A stretch of 64,000 nucleotides of DNA from Planktothrix sp. GTDB lineage: Bacteria > Cyanobacteriota > Vampirovibrionia > Obscuribacterales > Obscuribacteraceae. The translations under genes and the position numbers were made by a program. Position 1 is the first letter of the stretch. Every line of letters starts with the position of its first letter. Below are positions 36,695 to 46,322 of this stretch, in pieces. The stretch lies in NCBI GenBank assembly GCA_036703195.1, contig DATNPN010000018.1, forward strand, positions 52,631 to 116,630, read 5' to 3'. The notes under the pieces were generated by a model that was not told where the DNA came from, did no database searches, and saw only the letters and a list, made by a program, of their open reading frames with translations.

Positions 36695-37021
36695 ATGTTC
36701 ATGAACGTAGCAAACAGTGATTTCGCTCGACAGACGGCGCTCGCATTCGTCAAACAGGCGTTCTTGCAAAACTATCTCAGCTGTCCGTTTCGCGACAGGT
36801 TCGAGTCCATTATCGACTCGGATTCGCACGCCGAAGGCGGCAAGCTCATCTCGCTGATCGCCAAGCGGCAGCCGCAGATTCTGCAGTCCGCCATCGATTC
36901 ATTCAACGAAGAGCAGGAAGTGGAGAACAACTGGCTTTGGCAGGCGAAGGTCGAAAACGGTCGCATCGTTTTCGTGCGTGACCCCGTCAAATGCGCGGGA
37001 AGCTCCTGCTCCTGCTGCTGA
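36695..37021 (+). CDS. Small protein with a Cys-rich C-terminus (…KCAGSSCSCC)
   Basis: It is a 108-aa ORF directly following the 59-aa ORF. It has no signal peptide and a terminal CxxxxCxCC cluster. Confidence 0.4.
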   Translation: MFMNVANSDFARQTALAFVKQAFLQNYLSCPFRDRFESIIDSDSHAEGGKLISLIAKRQPQILQSAIDSFNEEQEVENNWLWQAKVENGRIVFVRDPVKCAGSSCSCC

Positions 37022-37031
37022 GGAGGTTAAT

Positions 37032-37217
37032 ATGGTTCGCCCACCGACATGGAAACGGAGATTCATCGCCTTGAGCCTGGTGGCACTGATGTTCTTCGCT
37101 GGCTGGGTTGCCCAACATGTGCGGACGGACACACTCAAGGCTGAGTGGATCGCCGTCCTGGTTCTGTCCCTGCTGAGCGTTCTCGGCATGGTTTTCGAGA
37201 ACGCAGACGGGCAGTAA
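37032..37217 (+). CDS. Small two-TM membrane protein (61 aa)
   Basis: The translation is MVRPPTWKRRFIALSLVALMFFAGWVAQHV…WIAVLVLSLLSVLGMVF. It lies 10 nt after the previous stop. Confidence 0.3.
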   Translation: MVRPPTWKRRFIALSLVALMFFAGWVAQHVRTDTLKAEWIAVLVLSLLSVLGMVFENADGQ

Positions 37218-37283
37218 TGCCTGATTTGTTCATGCAATTTCGCATTGCAAGCGGCGCCGCTAGCGCGTCGCAAGGAGAAGCAA

Positions 37284-37955
37284 ATGTATATCAATACGCG
37301 GCGCAACACCGTTGCCAACCGCGTGAACATGGCGAAGATTTTCTTGATTGCAGCATGTTTGTTGCTGTTCAAACCGGCGTTCGCCCAACAGTCCACGACG
37401 CACGCGGATCACGATTATTTCGTGCACCGCTGCGTCGAGCGGGCTGTGACGGAAGCGCCCGGTGAATCTGCGGCTCAATCGACCGCTCGCTGCGAGCGGT
37501 TGCAGAGTGCGATCGATGCCACCTTCGGGACGTATCGATTGACTGAGAGTTGGAGGTTGGCGGCGCCTTGTGACAAAGGTGTCTCCGGTTGTAAGTCCGA
37601 TGACTTTGACGCCCACGGAGTGTCGACCAACCGCAGATGGTTGAACTCCTATGCCGACGACGCCGGCTTCGCTCGAATCTTCGATCATAAGTTGGCGAGC
37701 GATTGCATCGGGCTTGGCTGCATGAGCGACCGAGTGCCATCGATGAACCAGTACGATCAGTACGAGTGGCAGCGCCAATTCAGGTATGCCACTGTCAGCG
37801 GTACGGACTACTTTGCTGACTTGATTCATCCTGGATTGGGACGGTGGGAACGCCATAATAACGACATTGACTATCGACTCGACTTCTTCAATCCACGTCG
37901 TTGCAGCAGCAAGGGTCCGAAAGTCGGTCTCTGCTTCTCGATGACCATGCCTTGA
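37284..37955 (+). CDS. Secreted hypothetical protein with paired Cys
   Basis: AAGGAG lies upstream of the ATG at 37284. The signal peptide is MAKIFLIAACLLLFKPAFAQ. Confidence 0.45.
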   Translation: MYINTRRNTVANRVNMAKIFLIAACLLLFKPAFAQQSTTHADHDYFVHRCVERAVTEAPGESAAQSTARCERLQSAIDATFGTYRLTESWRLAAPCDKGVSGCKSDDFDAHGVSTNRRWLNSYADDAGFARIFDHKLASDCIGLGCMSDRVPSMNQYDQYEWQRQFRYATVSGTDYFADLIHPGLGRWERHNNDIDYRLDFFNPRRCSSKGPKVGLCFSMTMP

Positions 37956-38126
37956 CGAAGATACGCAGAGGCGCGGTCGCAAGACCGCGCGCGCCTTTTC
38001 TTAAGCGCTCCGTCGCTTCGGTACCCTCGCTCCTCCGCGCGCAAAAGCGCTGCGCTCCGCACGCCTCAATCGGCGCGCTGCGCTTCGCTGACTACGCCGG
38101 CTGGCGCTAGCTGTTTCAAAAACTAG

Positions 38127-39185
38127 TTGGTCCAACGGACCTCAGGAATGTTTATGAACGCACGAAATCTCGTTCTTTCGCCGCATCGTCAGCGCTCGCT
38201 CATGATGCAGCTGTTCATGCTGATGGCACTGCTGGTGGTGGCGGCTACCGCGCACTCGCAGGAAGTGACTGTGCTCGCGGGAAAAACGCTCACGACCGGG
38301 CAGCCTTCCACCTATGCGTTTGGCGTCGAGTATCTGGAGCAGCTCACGGATCACTGGGATTACAGCTTCCGCTACGACAACGATGGCCACTTCAACAATC
38401 ACCACCGGGACGGACTGGCCCTGGATGGGTGGTGGCGGCAGAATGTGCTGACGCCCAACCTGTTCTTCCAGGTCGGCGCCGGTCCCTACTTCTATGCCGA
38501 CACGGTTGAATCGATCGATCACGACGTGCACGGTGTGGCCGCAGACCTCGATGCTGCGCTCATCTATCAGACGCCGTGGAATCTGGCAGTGCAGCTGCGA
38601 TTTGATGACAAGGAAGCCTTTGGGCACAGCCTGACCACGCGCCAGCTGGAGCTCGGATTCACGTACAAGCTGAACGAAACCCAATCTTCGCTCGACCGTG
38701 ACTGGCGCTCGCCCTTCAATGGCCCCACCGGCGAGCCGCGAGATTCATGGTCAGTGCTCGGCGGTCGCACGGTCGTCAACATCCGTACTAACGGACGGGC
38801 GATTGGCGAGGAGTTCGAGTGGCGCCATGAGCTGTCGAGCTGGGTCGATGTCACTGTTGGCGCCATCAACGAGGGCAAGAGCGATGCGGCACAGCGCATC
38901 GGACTGGCTCCCGAGCTGTGGCTGAAGCGGGAGTTCTACAACGGACGTCTGTCGATGGGTGTGGGCACGGGTGTTTATGCCGGTCACGAGCGTCTGGACG
39001 TTCCGAACGAGAGCCCGGTCAACGGTGCCTTCGTCTCCGGCATTGTCTCGGCGACCGTTTCGTACAGGCTGTTTGACCACCTGAGCGCTCAGGCAATCTG
39101 GCATCGCCCGGTCACTGGCAACAACTCTGACTCGGATATGTGGTTCTTCGGTTTGAAGACCGACAAACCGCTGTTCTGGCAGTAA
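38127..39185 (+). CDS. Putative outer-membrane beta-barrel protein
   Basis: It has a signal peptide, an alternating amphipathic pattern, and a C-terminal aromatic residue (…WFFGLKTDKPLFWQ). Confidence 0.45.
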   Translation: MVQRTSGMFMNARNLVLSPHRQRSLMMQLFMLMALLVVAATAHSQEVTVLAGKTLTTGQPSTYAFGVEYLEQLTDHWDYSFRYDNDGHFNNHHRDGLALDGWWRQNVLTPNLFFQVGAGPYFYADTVESIDHDVHGVAADLDAALIYQTPWNLAVQLRFDDKEAFGHSLTTRQLELGFTYKLNETQSSLDRDWRSPFNGPTGEPRDSWSVLGGRTVVNIRTNGRAIGEEFEWRHELSSWVDVTVGAINEGKSDAAQRIGLAPELWLKREFYNGRLSMGVGTGVYAGHERLDVPNESPVNGAFVSGIVSATVSYRLFDHLSAQAIWHRPVTGNNSDSDMWFFGLKTDKPLFWQ

Positions 39186-39273
39186 AGGTGCAATCGCAGC
39201 CGGTGCCGTCCTGGGCACCGGCAAGCGATGCGTCCGGAGAACTGATTTATCAACTTCGACTTAGGAGATCGAC

Positions 39274-39585
39274 ATGGTTATTCCATTCGAACTTGTTGCG
39301 TCTGTCTTAGCCGCAGCTCTGGGACTCGTTTTTGGGCTGCGGCGCTGTGCGAAAGATTGGGCCAAAGATTCGCCCATCAGCTTGGGAGATGTCTTTCTCA
39401 AGCAGCTCCTTCTGTTCTGCGGGTTTGGCGCGCTCGGCTGGCTGTGTTGGCAGTCGCTAACGACAGGTTTTCTCAGCGCCGGCAGTGACGTTCTGGTGAC
39501 TCTGAAAGTGGTGCTGGTCTCTGCTGCCGCCTCGATTTGCTGCTACTGCAGCGGCAATCGGCTGGCGTACCTGATCAGGATGTAA
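39274..39585 (+). CDS. Small membrane protein, hypothetical
   Basis: It has three hydrophobic segments. Confidence 0.3.
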   Translation: MVIPFELVASVLAAALGLVFGLRRCAKDWAKDSPISLGDVFLKQLLLFCGFGALGWLCWQSLTTGFLSAGSDVLVTLKVVLVSAAASICCYCSGNRLAYLIRM

Positions 39586-39709
39586 GATTCGCTCACCGGG
39601 GATTGATTTTGTTTGTCACATAGCGGCCGCAATCTCAAGCGGCCTTTAAAAGAGCCGTTTGAAATTGCGGCTGTGTCATTTCTCACGTCGGTTTTAAAAG
39701 GAGACTCAA

Positions 39710-39937
39710 ATGCGTTATCTACTTGCAGCTATTGCCGTGGCTCTCGCTGTTCCGTTCGCTTTGTCTTGCGCGGCTGATTGCGATCGCCGCGATCGACGCG
39801 TATCGGCGCGCAGGCGCACGCAGATGCGCAAGAGCGATTTCCGCAATTACCACGCGGCAAAGCGCTCGGTGCGCGGTTACCTTCCCATCAACGACGCCCT
39901 CGTCTACTCCCATCTGGCCTCGCGTTCGACACATTGA
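39710..39937 (+). CDS. Small secreted Arg-rich protein, hypothetical
   Basis: It has a signal peptide (MRYLLAAIAVALAVPFALSCAA). Confidence 0.25.
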   Translation: MRYLLAAIAVALAVPFALSCAADCDRRDRRVSARRRTQMRKSDFRNYHAAKRSVRGYLPINDALVYSHLASRSTH

Positions 39938-39973
39938 TTCGATCGCATCGATTCCTATGGTAAAAGGCAAAAC

Positions 39974-40198
39974 ATGATTCAAACTATCGCTATCTCAGTG
40001 TTTATCGGTGTACTCATTGCCTACTTCACGAAGGGCATGAACGCCGGTCAGGGCGCTTTCGGCATAACTGCTGCTGTCTTGGCGGCGGGCGCGAGCGCTT
40101 TGGTCGGACACAACTTCCACGACCTGCAGATACACAGCATAGTGGGCGGCTGCGCAGGCGCGATGTTCTTCTGGATTGGGCGCAAAGCTTTGTGCTGA
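39974..40198 (+). CDS. GlsB/YeaQ/YmgE-family (transglycosylase-associated) small membrane protein
   Basis: The 74-aa protein has the Gly-rich pattern (GxxGAxxG…VGGxAGA) characteristic of the family. Confidence 0.55.
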   Translation: MIQTIAISVFIGVLIAYFTKGMNAGQGAFGITAAVLAAGASALVGHNFHDLQIHSIVGGCAGAMFFWIGRKALC

Positions 40199-40274
40199 TC
40201 GCAACTGCTTTGCGAGCCGCGCGCTTGCGCAGGTTTTCCGTCATCTAAATCAATCATTGTTCGAGGAGAATACT

Positions 40275-40562
40275 ATGTTTCTCGCATTCGTTCTTTCGTT
40301 CATCATCGGTCGTTTCTTTGCCAAACTCGCCGAGCCGTTCGGCATCCACCACGTCATCGTCGGCTGGGTGATGATCATCTGCGCGATTGTCAGTGCAGCC
40401 TGCGGGTTGTCTTCCGGCAATCTGGAAGGCGCGCTCTGGTTGGGTGTCGGCACTGGCACGGTCGTCTTTCTCACGACGGGTCAGCAGCGCCGGCGCGCCA
40501 TGAAGAACTGCATGCAGTTCGCTGACGCGGCCGACCGGGCGGTCCTGCGCCGCGGACGATAA
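40275..40562 (+). CDS. Small membrane protein, hypothetical
   Basis: GAGGAG lies upstream of the ATG at 40275. The N-terminus is MFLAFVLSFIIGRFF…. Confidence 0.3.
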   Translation: MFLAFVLSFIIGRFFAKLAEPFGIHHVIVGWVMIICAIVSAACGLSSGNLEGALWLGVGTGTVVFLTTGQQRRRAMKNCMQFADAADRAVLRRGR

Positions 40563-40664
40563 TCCCGGCTGCTGGTCATCTGAAGGAGAGGCCATCACGC
40601 CTCTCCTTCATGATGTTGTTGCAACTCTCTACTGATGGTCGCGATTTGCGACTGAGGAAATGGA

Positions 40665-41327
40665 ATGGCATCTTCATTAACCACGGCCGTCGCTTGCCGA
40701 AATTGTGCAAATTCGGGCAGGCTTCCTGTGGTCGACAGGAAGCTGTTCGGAAGCGCTAACGCGAACAGAGAAGTGGGCGAGCTCAATCTCAGTGTGCGGG
40801 GAAAAAACTTCTGTACCAAGTGCGGTGCGCCGATCGAGTCGCAATCATTCGAGCTGCCCGATGAAGTTGGAGCGGTTGTTCTGATGCTCATCAGGCACTG
40901 CCAGTTTTGTTTGCGTTCGATTGAACTCGAAAGCGGCGAGCCTTCAGTTTGGCTGCAACACAATCACTCCGCTGCGAACTTCAAAAGCAGGGTGCGCTGG
41001 CGTTATTATCCGCTTGCTGTGGGCGCTCCGACGTTGGGGCGCCAAGATCAGCTTCCGCCCGACGAAGTTGGGCAGACCCACTATGTCCTGAGCGACAGAG
41101 GGTTTGTGCTGGGCAACCTCATGCAGCGGACGGATCAACGGTGGCAGTCCAACTTGATTCTGGAAACAACTGAGGCGCTCAGTCCGGACGATATGTCCTG
41201 GTACAAAACTGCGCGCGAGCAGGATGACCTCAACAATCCTAAGCGGTCTCTCTGGATTGGTGTGACGTTGCAGTGGCAGCAAGCGCCCCGCCTGCCTGTC
41301 ACTGATACAGAACCGGCACAGAGCTAG
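40665..41327 (+). CDS. Hypothetical protein with an N-terminal CxxC…CxxC zinc-ribbon-like motif
   Basis: The motifs are CRNC…FCTKCG. Confidence 0.4.
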   Translation: MASSLTTAVACRNCANSGRLPVVDRKLFGSANANREVGELNLSVRGKNFCTKCGAPIESQSFELPDEVGAVVLMLIRHCQFCLRSIELESGEPSVWLQHNHSAANFKSRVRWRYYPLAVGAPTLGRQDQLPPDEVGQTHYVLSDRGFVLGNLMQRTDQRWQSNLILETTEALSPDDMSWYKTAREQDDLNNPKRSLWIGVTLQWQQAPRLPVTDTEPAQS

Positions 41328-41654
41328 TAATTGCCCCGCTTTCAGCGGAGATGCCCATGCAATTGGGTATCTCCGCTGGGCTGGCCGGAAAAATCTTTGA
41401 TGATCTTTTTTGATTTCGGTTGCTATTAGGCGATATAGTTAGAAATGGCTCAATGACTAGGAGCCGGTCGTCGAGCGCATCCGGCGCTCTCCTGGATGGC
41501 TCGGCACCGTATGTGGTGCCTCGTCGGGAAAAAATATTTTGCAAAATCGAAGGGAACCGCCGGAAGGGAATCGCAAAACGACTCCCGACCGGCATTCCGA
41601 TAATCATGTCGGACCCATACACGCTGACGTGGATCGATCCGGCACTCAGGAAGG

Positions 41655-42671
41655 TTACTTCCTGGTGATCAAGTCAGTGAGCGAACCCTGCGGCGCAGCA
41701 GCGGCAGCCGGCGCGGCAGTCAGCGCTGCGGCGGGCAGTGCAGCCGGTTCGGAGGCGGTAGCGCGAGCGCCAACCGTGCGCACTGCGAGACCTTCCATGA
41801 TCTCCTGGCGGAACGAGCCGATGCCGGCCGGAGTGCCAGGGACGAAGATGGTGTTGGTGCCGCCGCTCTTGGAGAGAACCTGCAGCGTCTCGAAGTACTG
41901 AGTCATCATCAGCATGTTGATGATGGTGGCTTCGTCGACCGTCGGATAGGCAGACTTGAGGTCTTCCACCGACTTCTTCATGCCGTCGATAATGGCAAGG
42001 CGCTGCTGGGCGATACCTTCACCGTACAGCTTGTCGCTGTCGCGCTTCGCTTCCGCGGCCTTGACCTGCAACGTCTTGGCGGCTTCACCGCGGGAGTTGG
42101 CAGCTTCCTGCTCGCGTTGAGCGGCGTTGATGTCGTTCATGGCAGCCTTGACCTTGGCGTCGGGCTCGACTTCGGTGACGCTGACTTTGACGATCTGATA
42201 GCCGAATTCGGACATATCCGCTTCCAGCTCTTTCGTCACGGCCAGGGCGACGGCGTCTTTGGAATCGAACACCTCGTCCAGCGTCTGTTTCGGAACCTGA
42301 GAACGGACGACGTCAAACACGAACGTCTCGATCTGAGTTTCCGGCTTGCCCAGCTTGTAGTAAGCGTCTGCTTCCTTGCCGCCCTTCACCTGGTAGTTGA
42401 CGGCGACGGAGATGCGCACCGAAACCTTGTCCTTGGTGATAGTGTCGACGGCAACCGGGTGCTGCTGCACCTGCAGGTTGATGGTGTCACGCACGCTGTC
42501 GACGTAGGGGATCTTGAAGTTCAAGCCGGCATGCGCAGTCTTGTTGTACTTGCCGAAGCGCTCGATGATCTTGGCAGACTGGTTGCGGACGCTGAACAGA
42601 CCGAGTTTGAGGGTGATTATCACTGCGATGACGATAATACCCGGGACGATGAAGCTCAATAAACCTTCCAT
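41655..42671 (-). CDS. SPFH/band-7 (stomatin/prohibitin-like) membrane protein
   Basis: It has an N-terminal TM followed by an SPFH domain (…IIERFGKYNKTAHAGLNFKIPYVDSV…) and a coiled-coil, Ala-rich tail. Confidence 0.75.
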   Translation of the reverse strand: MEGLLSFIVPGIIVIAVIITLKLGLFSVRNQSAKIIERFGKYNKTAHAGLNFKIPYVDSVRDTINLQVQQHPVAVDTITKDKVSVRISVAVNYQVKGGKEADAYYKLGKPETQIETFVFDVVRSQVPKQTLDEVFDSKDAVALAVTKELEADMSEFGYQIVKVSVTEVEPDAKVKAAMNDINAAQREQEAANSRGEAAKTLQVKAAEAKRDSDKLYGEGIAQQRLAIIDGMKKSVEDLKSAYPTVDEATIINMLMMTQYFETLQVLSKSGGTNTIFVPGTPAGIGSFRQEIMEGLAVRTVGARATASEPAALPAAALTAAPAAAAAPQGSLTDLITRK

Positions 42672-43306
42672 TTGGATGCTCCTTGGTACCGCATGATGCG
42701 GTGGTTAACGATTGAAGTTCAGAAGTCAGTTTCGTTTTTCGGCAGAGTTGAATCCGGTGACACGAACGAGTACTCCAATCGCTCCGCTGGGCGGAGGGGA
42801 GAAACTGCTGGAAAGGTCGCGGGAAATGAACTCTGGTGAGTGAGAACCGGAAAAAGAAACTTGAAAACTGACAGTTGACAATAGTAGCCCGGTGCTCTTG
42901 AGAGCAAATGTTGCGTAACGCCGGCGACATGGGCGCTCTGGCTGCCCGGCAGGGCGTTTGCGGCAGAGTGGCACGGTTTTAAACCACATCTCATCGCCCA
43001 GCCGGAAATCCGCAACTGGTGCGGCTTGCGCGAGGACATTGTCAAGATAAAAACGCGGTTGTGAAGAGTTGAGATGTCAGGTTGACTTGGATGCGTCAGG
43101 TGTGACGCGGGGTGAATGCGCTCAGGCACTCGATTCGCGCTCAATTCTGACAAGTGACATTGCTAGAATTCCGGCACTTTATCTTCTTCCTCATCTCATA
43201 ACAAAAACAAACCAAACAGGTCTTCACACGTTTTTTGCACTTAAGAGAGCCACACGGAGCGCTTATAGCATCCGCACGGACTCTCTCAACTTGAGCAGGT
43301 CATTAT

Positions 43307-44359
43307 ATGGAGAAAGAAACAAAACAATCTCTTGCTGACTGGCCCAATCGCAGGTTGCATGCTGTTTTCGGCAGCGGTGGAACCAAGGCGGTTTTAGCTG
43401 GTACGGGCGCAGTCCTCGCATTTTCTGTTGCTAAGTTGCCCTGGGACTCGATCGGCGGCGCTTCTGGCGGTTCTATCCCCGCGGGCGTTCTGGCGCATGG
43501 CGCTGCGCCCAGAGAGTTTCTCCGGCACGTCGTCGACTCCGATTTCCAACGCCTGCTTCTGCCCCAGACAGGCTTTGTCGGACGACTGCTGGCACTTTTG
43601 CGCAAGTACCACTACGAGTCCACTCGCCCGCGCAAAGGAGCCTACGGCACCCGCTTATTGCGGCGTTTTGTCAACGGCATCGTGCCTTGCTGGCCGAACA
43701 ACTTCTGGACTGTGGCGACTTGCGATCACGGACAGGTACTTTTCACCAAACGCGGCGTATTTAAATACGCTGCAGGCGAGACAGTGGGCAGATTGATGGC
43801 GCCGGAACCCCCCTCGGTCGGTCGGGCAGTGTGCGCTTCCTGCGCCATTCCCGGCATTCTCGACGGCGTCCCGTATGCAGACGAGATTCTCTTCGACGGC
43901 GCTCTCAGCGGTGATGGAGAGGTCCCTGTCGGCGTCGTTGCCCGTCACTTCCAGGCCTACACAGCCACGATTGTTGCGGTCGACGTCGGTGAGGAACCCC
44001 TCAAACAGGCGCGCTGGCTTCGTTTTCTCTGGAACGTTTTCTGCGGTGGCAAATGCGATACGTCGTTCGACGGCGTGCACCCGGAAGAGCGCGATGGACT
44101 TATCATCATCAAACCTGAACTGAAGGGCTTTCATGCGTTAGAGTTTGAGTTGAAGCGTGAGACTAAGTGGGCTGCTGTCGTGTCCGGATTTCTCGCCACT
44201 GCAAAATCGATCGACAAACACGCTCTGGTGGCTCCATCAGATGCACTCAAATTGCGCAACCTTGTCGTGCTTCTAAACGAAGTGGAGATGAGCGGTCTCA
44301 AAGGCAAGCAGTATGTCGCGGCAGTCGAGAGCGTCTTGCAGAAGCAAGGCTTGCTCTAA
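43307..44359 (+). CDS. Patatin-like phospholipase
   Basis: It has the oxyanion motif GSGGTKAV (GGxK/R), a serine hydrolase motif GASGGS (GxSxG), and an Asp in the DGA/DGG-like motif (LFDGALSGD). Confidence 0.7.
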   Translation: MEKETKQSLADWPNRRLHAVFGSGGTKAVLAGTGAVLAFSVAKLPWDSIGGASGGSIPAGVLAHGAAPREFLRHVVDSDFQRLLLPQTGFVGRLLALLRKYHYESTRPRKGAYGTRLLRRFVNGIVPCWPNNFWTVATCDHGQVLFTKRGVFKYAAGETVGRLMAPEPPSVGRAVCASCAIPGILDGVPYADEILFDGALSGDGEVPVGVVARHFQAYTATIVAVDVGEEPLKQARWLRFLWNVFCGGKCDTSFDGVHPEERDGLIIIKPELKGFHALEFELKRETKWAAVVSGFLATAKSIDKHALVAPSDALKLRNLVVLLNEVEMSGLKGKQYVAAVESVLQKQGLL

Positions 44360-44377
44360 GTTGGAGGGTGCAAACCT

Positions 44378-45361
44378 ATGGCATTTAAACAAAAACTGGT
44401 TCGCTTCTTCACCTTTCCCTTGCTCTGGCGCTGCATCCACATGCCGGGCAAGAGTCACAAAGGACCGCTGCCCGCGATGGGGACGAGCGAGCGTGAGGTG
44501 CAAGCCAACGTCGAAAAGAGTGTGAAAATGCTCGCCGATGTTTTCGGTGAGCGTAACGCGAAGAACTATGCAGGCTTGCAAGCCGCAGCTGCCTACATCG
44601 AGCAGTCCTTCAAAGCTCTCAATTACACAGTCGGCAAGCAGGCGTTTCAGTTCGACGGTGTGGAGATGCACAACGTCGAAGCTGAGATTCGCGGCAAAGA
44701 TCGTGCCGACGAGATTATCGTAATTGGTGCGCACTATGACACCGTATACGGTTCACCGGGTGCGGACGACAACGCGACCGGGGTGGCTGCTCTGCTCGAA
44801 ATCGCCAGACTAATGGCTGATTCCGTGCAAGGTCGGACGTTGCGACTGGTGGCGTTCGCCAATGAGGAAAACCCTGGCGGAGCTGCCTGGGAGACCATGG
44901 GCAGTTATGCTTATGCCAAACGGTGCAAAGAGCGCAATGAAAACGTCGTGGGCATGATTTCACTCGAGATGCTGGGTGTTTATTTTGATGAGCACGGCAG
45001 TCAGAAGTACCCCACTCCGTTCAATTGGTTCTATCCCGAAGTAGGCAATTTCATCGCCTTCGTAGGCGATATTCCTTCGCGCGACTTTGTCACTCGCTGC
45101 ATCGGTCTTTTCCGCCACTTCTGCCAGTTTCCGTCAGAGGGTGTGGCTGCGCCTCCCTTCTTCCGCGACGTCAATCGCTCTGATCACTGGTCATTCTGGC
45201 AGTTCGGCTATCCGGCGCTCATGCTCACTGATACATCGAACTTCCGCAACACGCTGTATCACACCAAGAAAGACGTACCGGCAATCATTAACTTCGAAGG
45301 TCTTGCCCGAGTCACTAACGGCATGGCTCTCGTGGTGAACGATCTGGTCAATCACGATTGA
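44378..45361 (+). CDS. M28-family zinc aminopeptidase
   Basis: It has the motif …IIVIGAHYDTVYGSPGADDNATGVAALLEIAR… (HxD…D…NxSG-like metal ligands). It lies 18 nt downstream of the patatin gene. Confidence 0.7.
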   Translation: MAFKQKLVRFFTFPLLWRCIHMPGKSHKGPLPAMGTSEREVQANVEKSVKMLADVFGERNAKNYAGLQAAAAYIEQSFKALNYTVGKQAFQFDGVEMHNVEAEIRGKDRADEIIVIGAHYDTVYGSPGADDNATGVAALLEIARLMADSVQGRTLRLVAFANEENPGGAAWETMGSYAYAKRCKERNENVVGMISLEMLGVYFDEHGSQKYPTPFNWFYPEVGNFIAFVGDIPSRDFVTRCIGLFRHFCQFPSEGVAAPPFFRDVNRSDHWSFWQFGYPALMLTDTSNFRNTLYHTKKDVPAIINFEGLARVTNGMALVVNDLVNHD

Positions 45362-45551
45362 TCGTGCCTCCAATTGGGGGGAGATTCGCTACATCGGATC
45401 TCCCTCCAATTTTTCTTCGCTTTCGCCGGCCAGAAACCTTACAATTTTGGGGTATATTACGATAACATATAGCAAGTCGGTGATGAGAAAAAAATGGAGC
45501 GAAAGGATGACCGGGTAAGGTTGCCTTTCGCTCCATCTCGGTAAATTGTCG

Positions 45552-46274
45552 TCAGCCCAACGCGACGAATTCGCCCTTGTTCTCGTTGTAATGAAACACG
45601 GTCGCCAGCCCGACGTCGAAGTACATCGCCGCCAAGCTGAGCGTTCCTTCCTTCACCTTCTCGGCAATGGTTGGATGCGAGCGCAGCTGCTCGAGCTGAT
45701 AGAGCGCGTTCTCCTTCACCGCCGCATTGACGAGGTGGGTGCCCGTCAGATGCCCATGCTTGCACATGGTGATGCGACGCACCGGCTCACCCAACTTGAC
45801 CCAGCGCTTGAGCGAAGGCGTCTTGTCGAAGTTTGCCTTTCGGTTCATCACGGCGCCGCAGTAGCCGCAGTCCGTGTGACCCAAAACGACGATGCATCGT
45901 ATCGGCAGGTGATTGAGCGCGAACTCAATCGTCGACCATTCACCTTGCGCGCCGCGCTTCTTCAGCGGTGGCAGAAGATTGCCGGCGTTCTGAACAGCGA
46001 AAATCTCACCGGGTTGCGATGAGAAAATCCGCATATCCAGCCGCGAATCGCTGCAGTGAAGGACGAGTATTTCCGGCTTCTGCCCGCGGGCGAGGTCGCT
46101 ATAGACCTTTTGTTCATGGGCGTCTCGGGACAGCTTTTCCCGGAAACGCCGGTGGCCCCTGGCCAACTCTTCAACCATAAGACCTCCTAACGCAGCCGGA
46201 ATCGGCTGAAATGAGAAAAAACGCTGGAAGCGCGAGACAGAACAGGTTTGTTCTGTCCCGCGCCACAGGCTCAT
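45552..46274 (-). CDS. Beta-class carbonic anhydrase
   Basis: It has the zinc-ligand motifs CSDSR and HTDCGYCGA. The probable start is an internal ATG (MVEELARG…). Confidence 0.75.
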   Translation of the reverse strand: MSLWRGTEQTCSVSRFQRFFSFQPIPAALGGLMVEELARGHRRFREKLSRDAHEQKVYSDLARGQKPEILVLHCSDSRLDMRIFSSQPGEIFAVQNAGNLLPPLKKRGAQGEWSTIEFALNHLPIRCIVVLGHTDCGYCGAVMNRKANFDKTPSLKRWVKLGEPVRRITMCKHGHLTGTHLVNAAVKENALYQLEQLRSHPTIAEKVKEGTLSLAAMYFDVGLATVFHYNENKGEFVALG

Positions 46275-46322
46275 ATAGGGCGGTTATGCCTTAGACAAGA
46301 CTGTTTTCCAGACGTTGTTGCC

